A stretch of 63,441 nucleotides of DNA from Bacillales bacterium (lineage in GTDB: Bacteria; Bacillota_I; Bacilli_A; RF39; UBA660). Below the pieces are notes generated by a model, which did no database searches, had not been told where the DNA came from, and saw only the letters and a list, made by a program, of their open reading frames with translations. The stretch is taken from assembly GCA_016288635.1 (NCBI GenBank), contig JAEEKZ010000027.1:1-63441 (forward strand). Reading direction: 5' to 3'. The translations under genes were made by a program, and so were the position numbers. Positions 34,513-43,825 of this stretch are shown here, in pieces (within the stretch, counting starts at the first letter, position 1; each line of letters starts with the position of its first letter).

Positions 34513-34605
34513 ATAAGCCTCCATATGAAAACCTTTATTCATATCATAATTATACCACTAAAAAAAGAATAATTTAAAACTATTCTTTTTTAACTTTACA
34601 TTTTA

Positions 34606-35307
34606 TTATTCACCATAAGGAATTAAATTTTCCATTTCACCATCAAACGTTGAGTTATTTATGCGACATATTCCATCATTTGTATGAGCATGGCTTAAAA
34701 TATGATTTACAGCATCTTGAGCATCGACATATGAATACAAATCATCGTCTTCTAGAAGATCATAATTTCCATGTGCAGTTATAATTGCTCCATCACTTTC
34801 ATAATACATTATTGATATTTCTTTTTCTTCTTCGCCAAATTTACAAATAATATGTTTCTCAAGAATTTCATCATCATTATGTTCTGCAACATCAATATTT
34901 ATTTCCCTGATTGCTCTTTCTATATTTTCTCTTTCTTCTTGGAAAGAAAAAATAAATGATATAACTGATGAAAATACAGAGATCATCATAAATATTACAA
35001 ATACTTTTACTATTTTAGCAGCATGTTCATTTGCAATTTGTGAATTATTAACTGTTCTAAAGTTAGAATTATTTACTGTTCTAAAACCTGAATTGTTTAC
35101 TGTTCTTTCTCCACTATAATTATCTTGGCATAATTCATCCGGCATTACCTGAAATACAGTTGCCAATTTTTTTATTTGACTTTTATTAGGGGTAGAAAAC
35201 CCAGCCTCCCAAAGAGTAATTGTTTCTTTAGGTACTCCAACTAACTGAGCTAATTCATCATCTGTAATATGTCTTTCCTTTTTTAATTTTGCTATTTTTG
35301 GTCCCAT
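34606..35307 (-). CDS. Membrane-tethered XRE-family HTH regulator with a 3x RTVNNSxF repeat
   Basis: ATG at 35307 has a GGAGTGG SD. The HTH is LKKERHITDDELAQLVGVPKETITLWEAGFSTPN. It has one TM helix. Confidence 0.7.
   Translation of the reverse strand: MGPKIAKLKKERHITDDELAQLVGVPKETITLWEAGFSTPNKSQIKKLATVFQVMPDELCQDNYSGERTVNNSGFRTVNNSNFRTVNNSQIANEHAAKIVKVFVIFMMISVFSSVISFIFSFQEERENIERAIREINIDVAEHNDDEILEKHIICKFGEEEKEISIMYYESDGAIITAHGNYDLLEDDDLYSYVDAQDAVNHILSHAHTNDGICRINNSTFDGEMENLIPYGE
35035..35106 (-). repeat. In-frame 24-nt tandem repeat (3 copies) encoding RTVNNS(G/N/Q)(F/I)
   Basis: The protein reads ERTVNNSGFRTVNNSNFRTVNNSQI. It lies in the juxtamembrane linker of the XRE regulator. Confidence 0.7.
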
Positions 35308-35373
35308 AATTTTAACCACTCCTATCACACTGATATTATTATACAATAAAAAAGATGTTATTCACATCTTTTT

Positions 35374-35985
35374 TTATTTTTCATTGTTATTAATATAGTT
35401 TTCTAGTTCTTCTTTCCAAGCAGTTCCAATAGAATCATTTCTTAGATATTCTTCACTTGCCATTGATGCAGCTTTATACATTTTGCCAATCCCTTTTGAT
35501 GATGTATCATAATTAGATATATTACTTCTTTCGATGCCAATTTGTGAACCCTCTTCATAAGAATCAATATTTGCACCAATATAGATGAATTCCCAATTAG
35601 TATGTTTTTCAATCATTTTTTTGATTTTCTCTTTTGTATATTCTCTTGATGCATTTTCTAAGCCATCAGTTGTTATAATAAACATGGCTTTTTTACTTTT
35701 TTCACCATCCATATAATTGATGGTATTACCTAAAGCATCTAGTAGTGCAGTACATCCTCCAACACGATATTCATTAGTAGTTAACTTTTTTATATCTTTG
35801 ATTGGCGTTCTATTAGTAATCATCTCATGATGATCATTAAATAATACTGTTGTAACTTTTACATCTTTATCTTTAAATGAATCAATGTATGAATTATAAC
35901 CTCCAATTGTATCGCTTTCTGTTCCTCCCATAGAACCACTCTTATCTAGAATAAAAACTATATCCATTTGTTCTTTCTTTTTCAT
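35374..35985 (-). CDS. Small cytoplasmic von Willebrand factor A (vWA) domain protein
   Basis: The MIDAS motif is DIVFILDKSGSMGG, with downstream GGCTAL and ITTDGLEN. ATG at 35985 has an AAGGAAGAG SD. Confidence 0.75.
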   Translation of the reverse strand: MKKKEQMDIVFILDKSGSMGGTESDTIGGYNSYIDSFKDKDVKVTTVLFNDHHEMITNRTPIKDIKKLTTNEYRVGGCTALLDALGNTINYMDGEKSKKAMFIITTDGLENASREYTKEKIKKMIEKHTNWEFIYIGANIDSYEEGSQIGIERSNISNYDTSSKGIGKMYKAASMASEEYLRNDSIGTAWKEELENYINNNEK

Positions 35986-36084
35986 TTTATCTCTTCCTTT
36001 CATGCCTACATAATACTATTTATTAGTTTTTTATTGGTCGCTTAAAAAGAGACAATTTATGATATAATATTTTCGTGATTAAAT

Positions 36085-36612
36085 ATGGATATAAAAAATG
36101 AATTATTAAAATATATTAATAGTAATATGGAACAATATGAAAGAAGTTCTTCTATGCCAACATTTGGTATAGCAAAGAAATCTAAAAGTGCTTTCTATAG
36201 CGAAGAAACTCTTTGCAGATCATGTTATTCTGATGAGGCTAATATTGATAATTATATAAATGAGAATAAAGAATATAATGATTTTCAAACACTATTGTTT
36301 AAATATATTGATGAACGAAATTTAAAAGATAGTGATGTTTATAATAAAGTACATATTGATAGAAGATTATTTTCTAAAATAAGAAGTGATAAAGATTACC
36401 ATCCTAGTAAAGAGACAATTATTCTACTAGGTTTATCATTAGAACTTAGTGAAAAAGAAATAGTTAAATTATTAGAAAGTGCATCATATTCATTACCTAA
36501 AAATAATCATTATGATTTAATTATTAGATTTTGTTTTATTAATAATATATATAGTATTAATAAAGTTAATGAATTACTTGAAGATTATAATTGTAAATTA
36601 TTTAGTTATTAA
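36085..36612 (+). CDS. Hypothetical protein with a putative HTH-like C-terminal module
   Basis: 175 aa. The segment is NLKDSDVYNKVHIDRRLFSKIRSDKDYHPSKETIILLGLSLELSEKEIVKLLESASYSL. It is divergent from the vWA gene. Confidence 0.5.
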   Translation: MDIKNELLKYINSNMEQYERSSSMPTFGIAKKSKSAFYSEETLCRSCYSDEANIDNYINENKEYNDFQTLLFKYIDERNLKDSDVYNKVHIDRRLFSKIRSDKDYHPSKETIILLGLSLELSEKEIVKLLESASYSLPKNNHYDLIIRFCFINNIYSINKVNELLEDYNCKLFSY

Positions 36613-36640
36613 AAAAGAAGATTATTAATCTTCTTTTTTT
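36611..36640. terminator. Bidirectional terminator
   Basis: AAAAAAGAAGATTA-T-TAATCTTCTTTTTTT between convergent genes. Confidence 0.75.
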
Positions 36641-37845
36641 AACTTATTAAACATATTCATATATTCAGTATATTTCTTTTCATTATCTTTATAATAATAA
36701 TTTGCTAGATTGAAATATGCATAGGCGTTTCTTTCTTTTATTGGTGAAGATATGGCTTTTTTATAATATAATTTTGCTTTATCTAATTCACCATTTTTAC
36801 GATAGTATTCCCCCACCTTATTTAATGCCCAGCTATTATTTAGTTCTGCGCTCATTTTAAAATACTCTAATGATAAATCAGGATTATCTTTTTCATAAAT
36901 TAACCCTAGATTATTAAATGCATAAACATAACCAAAGTCTGCTGACTTCTTAAAATACTTAATAGCTTTTTCTTTATCTTCTTTTTGTTCTGGGTTAATC
37001 TTTCTTAACCAACATAATCCCATAGTATTATATGATGCGGCACTATTTAAACTTATTGCTTTATTTAAGTAACTCCACATTGTATCAAAATCATATTTAA
37101 CTCTTTTATTTAGTATCATATTAGCAATCATCCAACATGCTTTTGGATGATCTTTTTTAGCGGCCATTAAATAGTATTTAAAGGCTTTTTCAAACTCTTG
37201 ATAGCCATTTATAATGCCATCATAATAAAGTGACCCTATCTCTGCACATGCATAGACATTTTCTTTATTAGCTAAACTAAGTAATGATTCAATATAGTTT
37301 TCACCAAATAAGAGTTTTACTTTTAAGTATTCGTTTAATTCTTTATTGTTAATATTTATTTTGTCTTCATTTATATATACTGGTTGTTTATTTTCTAAAA
37401 TTATGTAATGCAATAATGAAGTTATTGTTTCATACTTTGTATCTTTGTTAAATTTATTTTTATCAATAATATTGTCGTCCTTTTTAACTATTTCTTGTAA
37501 ATCATTAATTACATTTTGTAATCTAGAAGAATTATTAATAATTTCTAATTTATCCCCTTGATTAATTTTGTTATCTAATAAATTAACTAAGGATAAAACA
37601 GAATCTATAAGTTTATTATTGTTATATTTTTCTTCAAACTCTTTTTTATATTCAATACCTATTCCACGTATACCAATACAATAGTTATTAATAGTTGTAG
37701 CATTAATATTATTAACATCAAATAGAGCATAAAAAACTTCACTTTGAATAGCAATGTTATTACTAGAATTCTTTTTCATAACATTGCAAAAGTTTCCAAG
37801 AGATAAAATATTGTTTTCATTCATTTTAATATAATGCTTTTCCAT
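36625..37845 (-). CDS. Sel1-like (TPR-type) repeat protein with an uncharacterised N-terminal domain
   Basis: It has at least 5 Sel1-type units (e.g. AEIGSLYYDG..AFKYYLMAAKKDHPKACWMIANM; AFNNLGLIYEKD..YFKMSAELNNSWALNKVGEYY). There is no SD. A TGcTATAAT box ends 6 nt before the ATG. Confidence 0.7.
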   Translation of the reverse strand: MEKHYIKMNENNILSLGNFCNVMKKNSSNNIAIQSEVFYALFDVNNINATTINNYCIGIRGIGIEYKKEFEEKYNNNKLIDSVLSLVNLLDNKINQGDKLEIINNSSRLQNVINDLQEIVKKDDNIIDKNKFNKDTKYETITSLLHYIILENKQPVYINEDKININNKELNEYLKVKLLFGENYIESLLSLANKENVYACAEIGSLYYDGIINGYQEFEKAFKYYLMAAKKDHPKACWMIANMILNKRVKYDFDTMWSYLNKAISLNSAASYNTMGLCWLRKINPEQKEDKEKAIKYFKKSADFGYVYAFNNLGLIYEKDNPDLSLEYFKMSAELNNSWALNKVGEYYRKNGELDKAKLYYKKAISSPIKERNAYAYFNLANYYYKDNEKKYTEYMNMFNKLKKED

Positions 37846-37942
37846 GTCTTAATTATAGCATATGTGTGGATATAATGTGGAATATAAATTATAGACTAAT
37901 ATTGTAATATTAAAATATAATTAAATTAGGTGATGAAATGAA

Positions 37943-39193
37943 ATGAAAAATATTTGGAAAAACTATTGGTCAACCATAGTTATGGTTTTGGCGATTATCT
38001 TAGGTTCTATTGTAGGAATCATATTTAAGGATAAAGCTAAAGTATTAGAACCATTTGGTACTTTATTCTTAAATCTATTACTTACAATAATTATTCCACT
38101 TATCTTTTTAACGATTACAACATCAATTGGAAAGATGAAACAACCAAAAAGAATTGGTAAAATTCTAATTTGTATATTTGGTGTATTTATAGTAACATCA
38201 TTAATTAGCGTATTCTATGGATTAGTTGTTACTAAGAGTTTTAAGCTAATTAATAGTAATCATATTGCTAATATTAAAGAAGTATTAACGGAGACAGTTG
38301 AAGAATCAACTGAAAGTGTTAACTATTTAGAAAGAACTGTTAGTACATTATCTGTTGGAGATTTTCCTCAGCTATTTACTAAGAGTAATTTAATAGCATT
38401 AATTACATTCTCTATTTTAGTTGGTATTAGTATTAATATGGCTAAGGAAAAAGGAAAAGGATTCTTGGATGTATTAGATAGTGCTAATAATGTATTAAAT
38501 AATTTAATTAAGATTATTATGTATTATGCTCCAATTGGTATATTCTGTTATGTTGCAGCACTTGTTGGTACATTTGGTAAGGAAATAGCACTTGGGTATG
38601 GAAAAACATTTATAATTTATACAATATTTGCTTTATTATTCTATGCAATATTCTATACTTTATATGCCTTTATTGCTGGAGGAAAAGAAGGCGTTATAAG
38701 ATATTGGAAAAACATTATTCCTCCATCATTAACAGCAATATCTACTTGTTCATCTGCAGCTAGTATTCCTGTTAATGCTAAATGTGCACAAAATATTGGT
38801 GTATCAGAAGATATAGCTAATACTACCGTTACTTTAGGAACTAGTTTCCATAAAGATGGATCTATTATTGGTAGTGTATTTAAAATAATGTTCTTAGTAT
38901 ATTTATTCAATGCTGATGTATCAATATTCAAGATTATAGGTATTGCACTTGTTGCTACACTTCTTGTTACAGCTGTACCAATTGGTGGTGGAACAATTTC
39001 TGAAACATTAATTATTACATTATTAGGATTCCCTCTTTCATCATTAATGATGCTTACAATTATAGCTACTATTATTGATCCACCTGCAACGTTATTAAAT
39101 GTTGTTGGTGATAGTGCTAGTAGTATGTTAGTGGCAAGATTAGTTGATGGAAAGAATTGGTTAAAACAGAAAACTAAAAAAAGGACTGCTTAG
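37943..39193 (+). CDS. Dicarboxylate/amino acid:cation symporter (DAACS) family transporter
   Basis: 416-aa polytopic protein. Family blocks are SSAASIPV (HP2-like) and DPPATLLNVVGDS. It has an AGGTGATG SD. Confidence 0.8.
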   Translation: MKNIWKNYWSTIVMVLAIILGSIVGIIFKDKAKVLEPFGTLFLNLLLTIIIPLIFLTITTSIGKMKQPKRIGKILICIFGVFIVTSLISVFYGLVVTKSFKLINSNHIANIKEVLTETVEESTESVNYLERTVSTLSVGDFPQLFTKSNLIALITFSILVGISINMAKEKGKGFLDVLDSANNVLNNLIKIIMYYAPIGIFCYVAALVGTFGKEIALGYGKTFIIYTIFALLFYAIFYTLYAFIAGGKEGVIRYWKNIIPPSLTAISTCSSAASIPVNAKCAQNIGVSEDIANTTVTLGTSFHKDGSIIGSVFKIMFLVYLFNADVSIFKIIGIALVATLLVTAVPIGGGTISETLIITLLGFPLSSLMMLTIIATIIDPPATLLNVVGDSASSMLVARLVDGKNWLKQKTKKRTA

Positions 39194-41793
39194 TCCTTTT
39201 TCTTTTGCTTAAATATAAGTTTATATGTTTCAAATACCACAAGTATTAGACATGCTGTTAAGAATATTTTAAATATTACATTCCAGCCAAGTGGATCTAC
39301 TTTTAAGAATTTAGCTGTAAGTGGTATTTCACCCATTAGTAATTGTAGGAATATAGAACCAACAATTACAAACGCACATAATGGGTTATTAGATACTCTA
39401 TTTTTAAAGATACTTTGATATTCACTACGACAATTAAGTACATTTATATTTTGGATAAATACCATTAACATCATAATTATTGATCTAGCATATGTTAAAC
39501 CATAACCTTTATCCATCATCATTTTCCAAGCGCCAAATACTATTGCGGTAATAGTTAAGCCTAGTATTAATACTTCTATCATTAAGTCTTTTGAGAAAAG
39601 ACTTTCTTTTGTATCTCTTGGCTTTTGTTTCATAATATCATCTTCTGGGGTTTCAAATGATAAAGCAATATCCTGTAAGCCATCTGTTATAACGTTTAGC
39701 CATAGCAATTGAATAGCTACAAGTGGAATATCATATCCAAAGAAGATTGATAGTAAGAAGAATGCTACTTCGGCAAAACCACAACCTAGTAAGAATAAAG
39801 TTATCTTTCTAATATTACTATATGCAGTTCTACCTTCTTTAACGCTATCTACAATACATACAAAGCTATCATCTGAAACTATCATGGATGCTGTATCTTT
39901 AGCTACATCAGTACCACTACCCATGGCAATACCTACGTTTGCTGCTTTTATTGCAGGTGCATCATTAACACCATCACCTGTTACAGCAACAAACTCCCCT
40001 TGCCTTTTTAAACTATTAACAATATCTAGTTTATCCATTGGGGTTACTCTTGAGAATACCTTTATGCTTGATACAAATTTATCAAATTCTTTATTTCCTT
40101 TTTTGCGGTATAATTCTACATCTCTTCCTGTTGCCACTTCATTTTTATATTCACATAGTCCTAGTTCTTTAGCAATAGCATACGCTGTTAAAGGATGGTC
40201 TCCTGTAACCATGATTACTTTTATACCCGCGGTAGTACATTCTTGAATTGATTCTTTTACATGATCTCTAACTGGATCTATGAATGCTACCATTCCTAAA
40301 AATTCTAGGTTTTTAACTTTAGTTATATCGTTAGAGTCAACTTCTCCATCTGCAAGAGCTATAACTCTATAACCCATAGATGTTAGTTTTTCATTTTGCT
40401 TTTTATATTCCTCTTTTTTAGATGAGAAACTCATAACTTTTTCAAGAGAACCTTTTACTGTACAATGTAAGTCTTTTCCTTTTGTGTAGAATACTGCTGA
40501 ATATTGATTTTCTGATTCATAAGGAATCATATCTACAACTTTTGGCTTATCTTTTAATTTATACTTTTCAGCTAGAGCAAGAAATGCTATATCAATAGAA
40601 TCTCCATAAGACTCCCACTTATTTTTCTTCTTTTCTAAATGTGCTTCATTATTAATTGCGCCCATACAAACAATACGTTCTATGTCTTCAAGTTTAGCAT
40701 CGTCTAAAGGTTTAATTTCACCATTGCCATTGTAACCTGAACCAGTTATATCAAATTCTTTACCATTTGGTAAGACAATTTTCTTTGCTGTTTGTTCATT
40801 AACTGTTAAAGTACCTGTTTTATCACTAGCTATTACAGTACAACTACCAAGTGCTTCAACAGAATTAAGTTTCTTAATAATAACATTTTTCTTTAACATC
40901 TTTTTAGAAGCAATAGTTAGGGCCATTGTTAAAGCTAGTGGCAAGCCCTCTGGCATTGCTGAAACTGCAAGAGCTATAACACTTAAGAAAATACTCTTGT
41001 TATCATAACCCGCACGTGCAAGTACGAAATATGTAATTATAGCAATTACAATTATAATACCGGTAATTTGTTTTGAAAATTTCTCAATTCTAATTGTTAA
41101 TGGAGACTTTTCTTCTTCGGTTTCCGTAACGCTTTTTGCAATTTTACCAATTTCCGTATTAGTTGCTGTAAGTAATACTACCGCTCTAGCTCTACCTGTT
41201 GCTACACTTGTTCCCGCAAATACCATATTTTTTCTATCTGATAGAACAACATCATCGCCAAGAGTTTCATTAGTTTTAACAATAAGAACACTTTCACCAG
41301 TTAAACTAGATTCATCAACCTGGAAGTTATAACACTCAATAATACGACAATCAGCACTTATTCTATCGCCACTTTCTAGAGCAATTACATCGCCTGGAAC
41401 AAGTTCACTTGAATCTATTACTTTTTCTTCTCCATCTCTTATTACTCTAGCATTTACTTTAATCATATTAATTAAACTACTAGCATCTTTTAGAGCTTTC
41501 CATTCCTCATATGTACCCATAAGAACATCTACAGCGATAATAAATATTAAAGCTATAGCATCAATAGTTTCCCCAACCAAGAATGAAAGAATAACTGTTA
41601 CAACAAGTATTATTTCAATTGGATTTTTAAACTGAGAAAAGAATAAACCAATAATACTTTCTTTCTTCTTAGCAGGTAATTCATTCCTACCATATTTTTC
41701 TCTCAAACTAGATATTTGACTTGTTTTTAAGCCATTTTCACTAGTTTCAAAATCCTTATATATATCTTTAATATCTTTGCTGTAGTATTCCAT
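39190..41793 (-). CDS. P-type cation-transporting ATPase (P2, Ca2+-ATPase-like)
   Basis: Motifs are TGES, PEGLPLA, DKTGTLT, MVTGDH and TGDGVNDAPAIK. ATG at 41793 has an AGGAGTG SD. Confidence 0.85.
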   Translation of the reverse strand: MEYYSKDIKDIYKDFETSENGLKTSQISSLREKYGRNELPAKKKESIIGLFFSQFKNPIEIILVVTVILSFLVGETIDAIALIFIIAVDVLMGTYEEWKALKDASSLINMIKVNARVIRDGEEKVIDSSELVPGDVIALESGDRISADCRIIECYNFQVDESSLTGESVLIVKTNETLGDDVVLSDRKNMVFAGTSVATGRARAVVLLTATNTEIGKIAKSVTETEEEKSPLTIRIEKFSKQITGIIIVIAIITYFVLARAGYDNKSIFLSVIALAVSAMPEGLPLALTMALTIASKKMLKKNVIIKKLNSVEALGSCTVIASDKTGTLTVNEQTAKKIVLPNGKEFDITGSGYNGNGEIKPLDDAKLEDIERIVCMGAINNEAHLEKKKNKWESYGDSIDIAFLALAEKYKLKDKPKVVDMIPYESENQYSAVFYTKGKDLHCTVKGSLEKVMSFSSKKEEYKKQNEKLTSMGYRVIALADGEVDSNDITKVKNLEFLGMVAFIDPVRDHVKESIQECTTAGIKVIMVTGDHPLTAYAIAKELGLCEYKNEVATGRDVELYRKKGNKEFDKFVSSIKVFSRVTPMDKLDIVNSLKRQGEFVAVTGDGVNDAPAIKAANVGIAMGSGTDVAKDTASMIVSDDSFVCIVDSVKEGRTAYSNIRKITLFLLGCGFAEVAFFLLSIFFGYDIPLVAIQLLWLNVITDGLQDIALSFETPEDDIMKQKPRDTKESLFSKDLMIEVLILGLTITAIVFGAWKMMMDKGYGLTYARSIIMMLMVFIQNINVLNCRSEYQSIFKNRVSNNPLCAFVIVGSIFLQLLMGEIPLTAKFLKVDPLGWNVIFKIFLTACLILVVFETYKLIFKQKKKD

Positions 41794-41940
41794 ATAAGTC
41801 ACTCCTATGTACTCTATTATTACCATATAAGTATATTATATTTTTGAAAGTAAATCAATAAAGTACCAGTGGACTTTTTTTTATTAATATTGTATAATTG
41901 GTCTAGGTTTTGAACTTTTATTTTAGAAAGAAGGAAAATT

Positions 41941-43611
41941 ATGAATACAGATAGAAAAGTTACGTCTATTGCTGCTTTGGGTGGCCTAGGTGAAGTTGGT
42001 AAAAATATGTATGTGATAACTCATGATGATGAGTTATTAATAATTGATGCTGGAATTATGTTCCCTGAAGATGAACTGTTAGGTGTTGATTATGTTATTC
42101 AAGACTATACATATTTGAAAGAAAATCAAAATAAGATTATTGGTTTATTTATTACTCATGGTCATGAAGATCATATTGGTGGTATACCATTTTTACTTAA
42201 TGCAGTAGATATACCCGTTATATATGCCCCAAGAATTGCAGCTGATTTAATTAATAAAAAGCTAGAAGAAAGAAATATTGGTTATAAGAATATAGAGATA
42301 ATTGATAATGATACAGTATTTAAATCTAAATATTTTAAAGTTGAAGTAATTAATACTACTCACTCTATTCCAGATTCATATGCATTTGCAATTACTACTC
42401 CAAATGGAGTTATATTTGAAACTGGAGACTTTAAATTTGACTTAACACCAATTGGCCCTATTGCGGATTTACATAAAATGGCTGAGTTTGGTGCTAATGG
42501 AGTTACTTTATTACTTAGTGATTCTACAAATGCCCTATCACCAGGATTTTCTAAGTCAGAATCTAAAGTAGATGATGCCTTAAATGATATTATCAATGGC
42601 CATCCAGGAAGAATTATTATTGCAACATTTGCATCTAACATTTATAGATTAAAACACATTGTTGAGACTTGTAGAAAATATAATAGAAAAATTGTTGTTT
42701 TTGGTAGAAGTATGGAAACTAATATTGAACTTGCTATTAATCATGGTTTAATTGAAGCTAATGATACTTTTATAGATGCTAAAGATGCTAAATCATTAAA
42801 AAAGAATGAGTTATGTATTTTATGTACAGGATCTCAAGGGGAACCTCTTGCAGCATTATCGAGAATTGCTAACGGACAACATAAACAAATATCATTACTT
42901 CCTGATGACTTAGTTATCTTCTCAAGTAACCCTATTCCAGGAAATGCTGCTAGTATTAATAGAATTATTAATATGTTATGTTTAAAAGGTGTTAGAGTAT
43001 ATACTAATGCTGAACTTGCTGATATACATACTTCAGGACACGCTAAACAAGATGAACAAAAATTAATGTTAAGACTAGTTAATCCGAAGTATTTTATGCC
43101 AATGCATGGTGAATATAGAATGTTAAAAGCACATGCTGAAACAGGTATGGAATGTGGTATACCTGAAGAAAATATATTCATTTGTAAGAATGGCGATGTT
43201 GTTGAACTACTTAATGGCGAAGTAAGACGTGGCGGTACGGTTACTGCTGGAGACGTTTATGTAGATGGTTCTAGAATTGGTGATGTAGGGTCTGCAGTTA
43301 TTAAAGATCGTAAATTAATGAGTCAAGATGGAATATTAATTGCAATACTAAATATCAATACAAAAGAAAGAAAATTATTACTTAAACCTAATGTAACTGC
43401 AAGAGGATTTGTTCTTGTAAATGAAAATCAGGAATTAATGCAAAAGATTGAAACTAAGATTAGTGATGTAGTAACAAATTATTTAACTAAATCGGTATAT
43501 AATTATGTTGATTTAAAGAATCAAATAATCCTAGAAACATTACCATTTATTAATCAATTAACTGGTAGAAGACCAATTATATTACCAGTTATTATGGAAA
43601 TTAAGAATTAA
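41941..43611 (+). CDS. rnj: Ribonuclease J
   Basis: It has a metallo-beta-lactamase/beta-CASP fold with the motif THGHEDHIGG. It is 556 aa with the RNase J C-terminal domain. Confidence 0.9.
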   Translation: MNTDRKVTSIAALGGLGEVGKNMYVITHDDELLIIDAGIMFPEDELLGVDYVIQDYTYLKENQNKIIGLFITHGHEDHIGGIPFLLNAVDIPVIYAPRIAADLINKKLEERNIGYKNIEIIDNDTVFKSKYFKVEVINTTHSIPDSYAFAITTPNGVIFETGDFKFDLTPIGPIADLHKMAEFGANGVTLLLSDSTNALSPGFSKSESKVDDALNDIINGHPGRIIIATFASNIYRLKHIVETCRKYNRKIVVFGRSMETNIELAINHGLIEANDTFIDAKDAKSLKKNELCILCTGSQGEPLAALSRIANGQHKQISLLPDDLVIFSSNPIPGNAASINRIINMLCLKGVRVYTNAELADIHTSGHAKQDEQKLMLRLVNPKYFMPMHGEYRMLKAHAETGMECGIPEENIFICKNGDVVELLNGEVRRGGTVTAGDVYVDGSRIGDVGSAVIKDRKLMSQDGILIAILNINTKERKLLLKPNVTARGFVLVNENQELMQKIETKISDVVTNYLTKSVYNYVDLKNQIILETLPFINQLTGRRPIILPVIMEIKN

Positions 43612-43641
43612 AAAAATAAGAATTAACTTCTTATTTTTTTT
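43611..43641. terminator. Bidirectional terminator (rnj / small zinc-ribbon gene)
   Basis: AAAAAAATAAGAA-TTAAC-TTCTTATTTTTTTT. Confidence 0.75.
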
Positions 43642-43816
43642 ATGACATAATAGCAAGTACTATTAAACTTACTAGAGATATTTCAATGATTATTAATATA
43701 ACTTGGAAGATATTTTGGGAAAGATAATAAATCGTTGATTCTATCTTTTCACCGCATCTTGTACAGTAAATATCTGTTCCTGTTATTTCACCTTTACAAT
43801 TTTTGCACTTTGCCAT
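43640..43816 (-). CDS. Unlisted 58-aa zinc-ribbon membrane protein
   Basis: The sequence is MAKCKNCKGEITGTDIYCTRCGEKIESTIYYLSQNIFQVILIIIEISLVSLIVLAIMS. A GGTGAG SD lies 3 nt before the ATG, 10 nt downstream of the preceding stop. It ends at a bidirectional terminator. It falls below the ORF-track length cutoff. Confidence 0.55.
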   Translation of the reverse strand: MAKCKNCKGEITGTDIYCTRCGEKIESTIYYLSQNIFQVILIIIEISLVSLIVLAIMS

Positions 43817-43825
43817 AAACTCACC

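Noticed and set aside
38653-38931. Further antisense ORFs in the second half of the window: 38653-38931, 39884-40246, 42360-42641, 42834-43181, 47126-47347, 48126-48311, 50553-50786, 50704-50967, 51598-51783, 53059-53310, 58014-58223, 59244-59471, 59481-59663, 59827-60087, 60445-60798, 61376-61582, 62593-62886.
   Set aside because: The reasoning is the same. Each overlaps a confidently assigned gene on the opposite strand (symporter, P-type ATPase, RNase J, GalE, Lon, LysR, Prs-like and others) and lacks translation signals.
41870-41895. Bulged hairpin followed by a T run on the plus strand between the P-type ATPase and rnj, considered as a regulatory terminator or RNase J autoregulatory leader
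   Set aside because: No plus-strand gene lies upstream that it could terminate. It sits upstream of the likely rnj promoter rather than in its leader. The stem is short and bulged. The evidence is insufficient.
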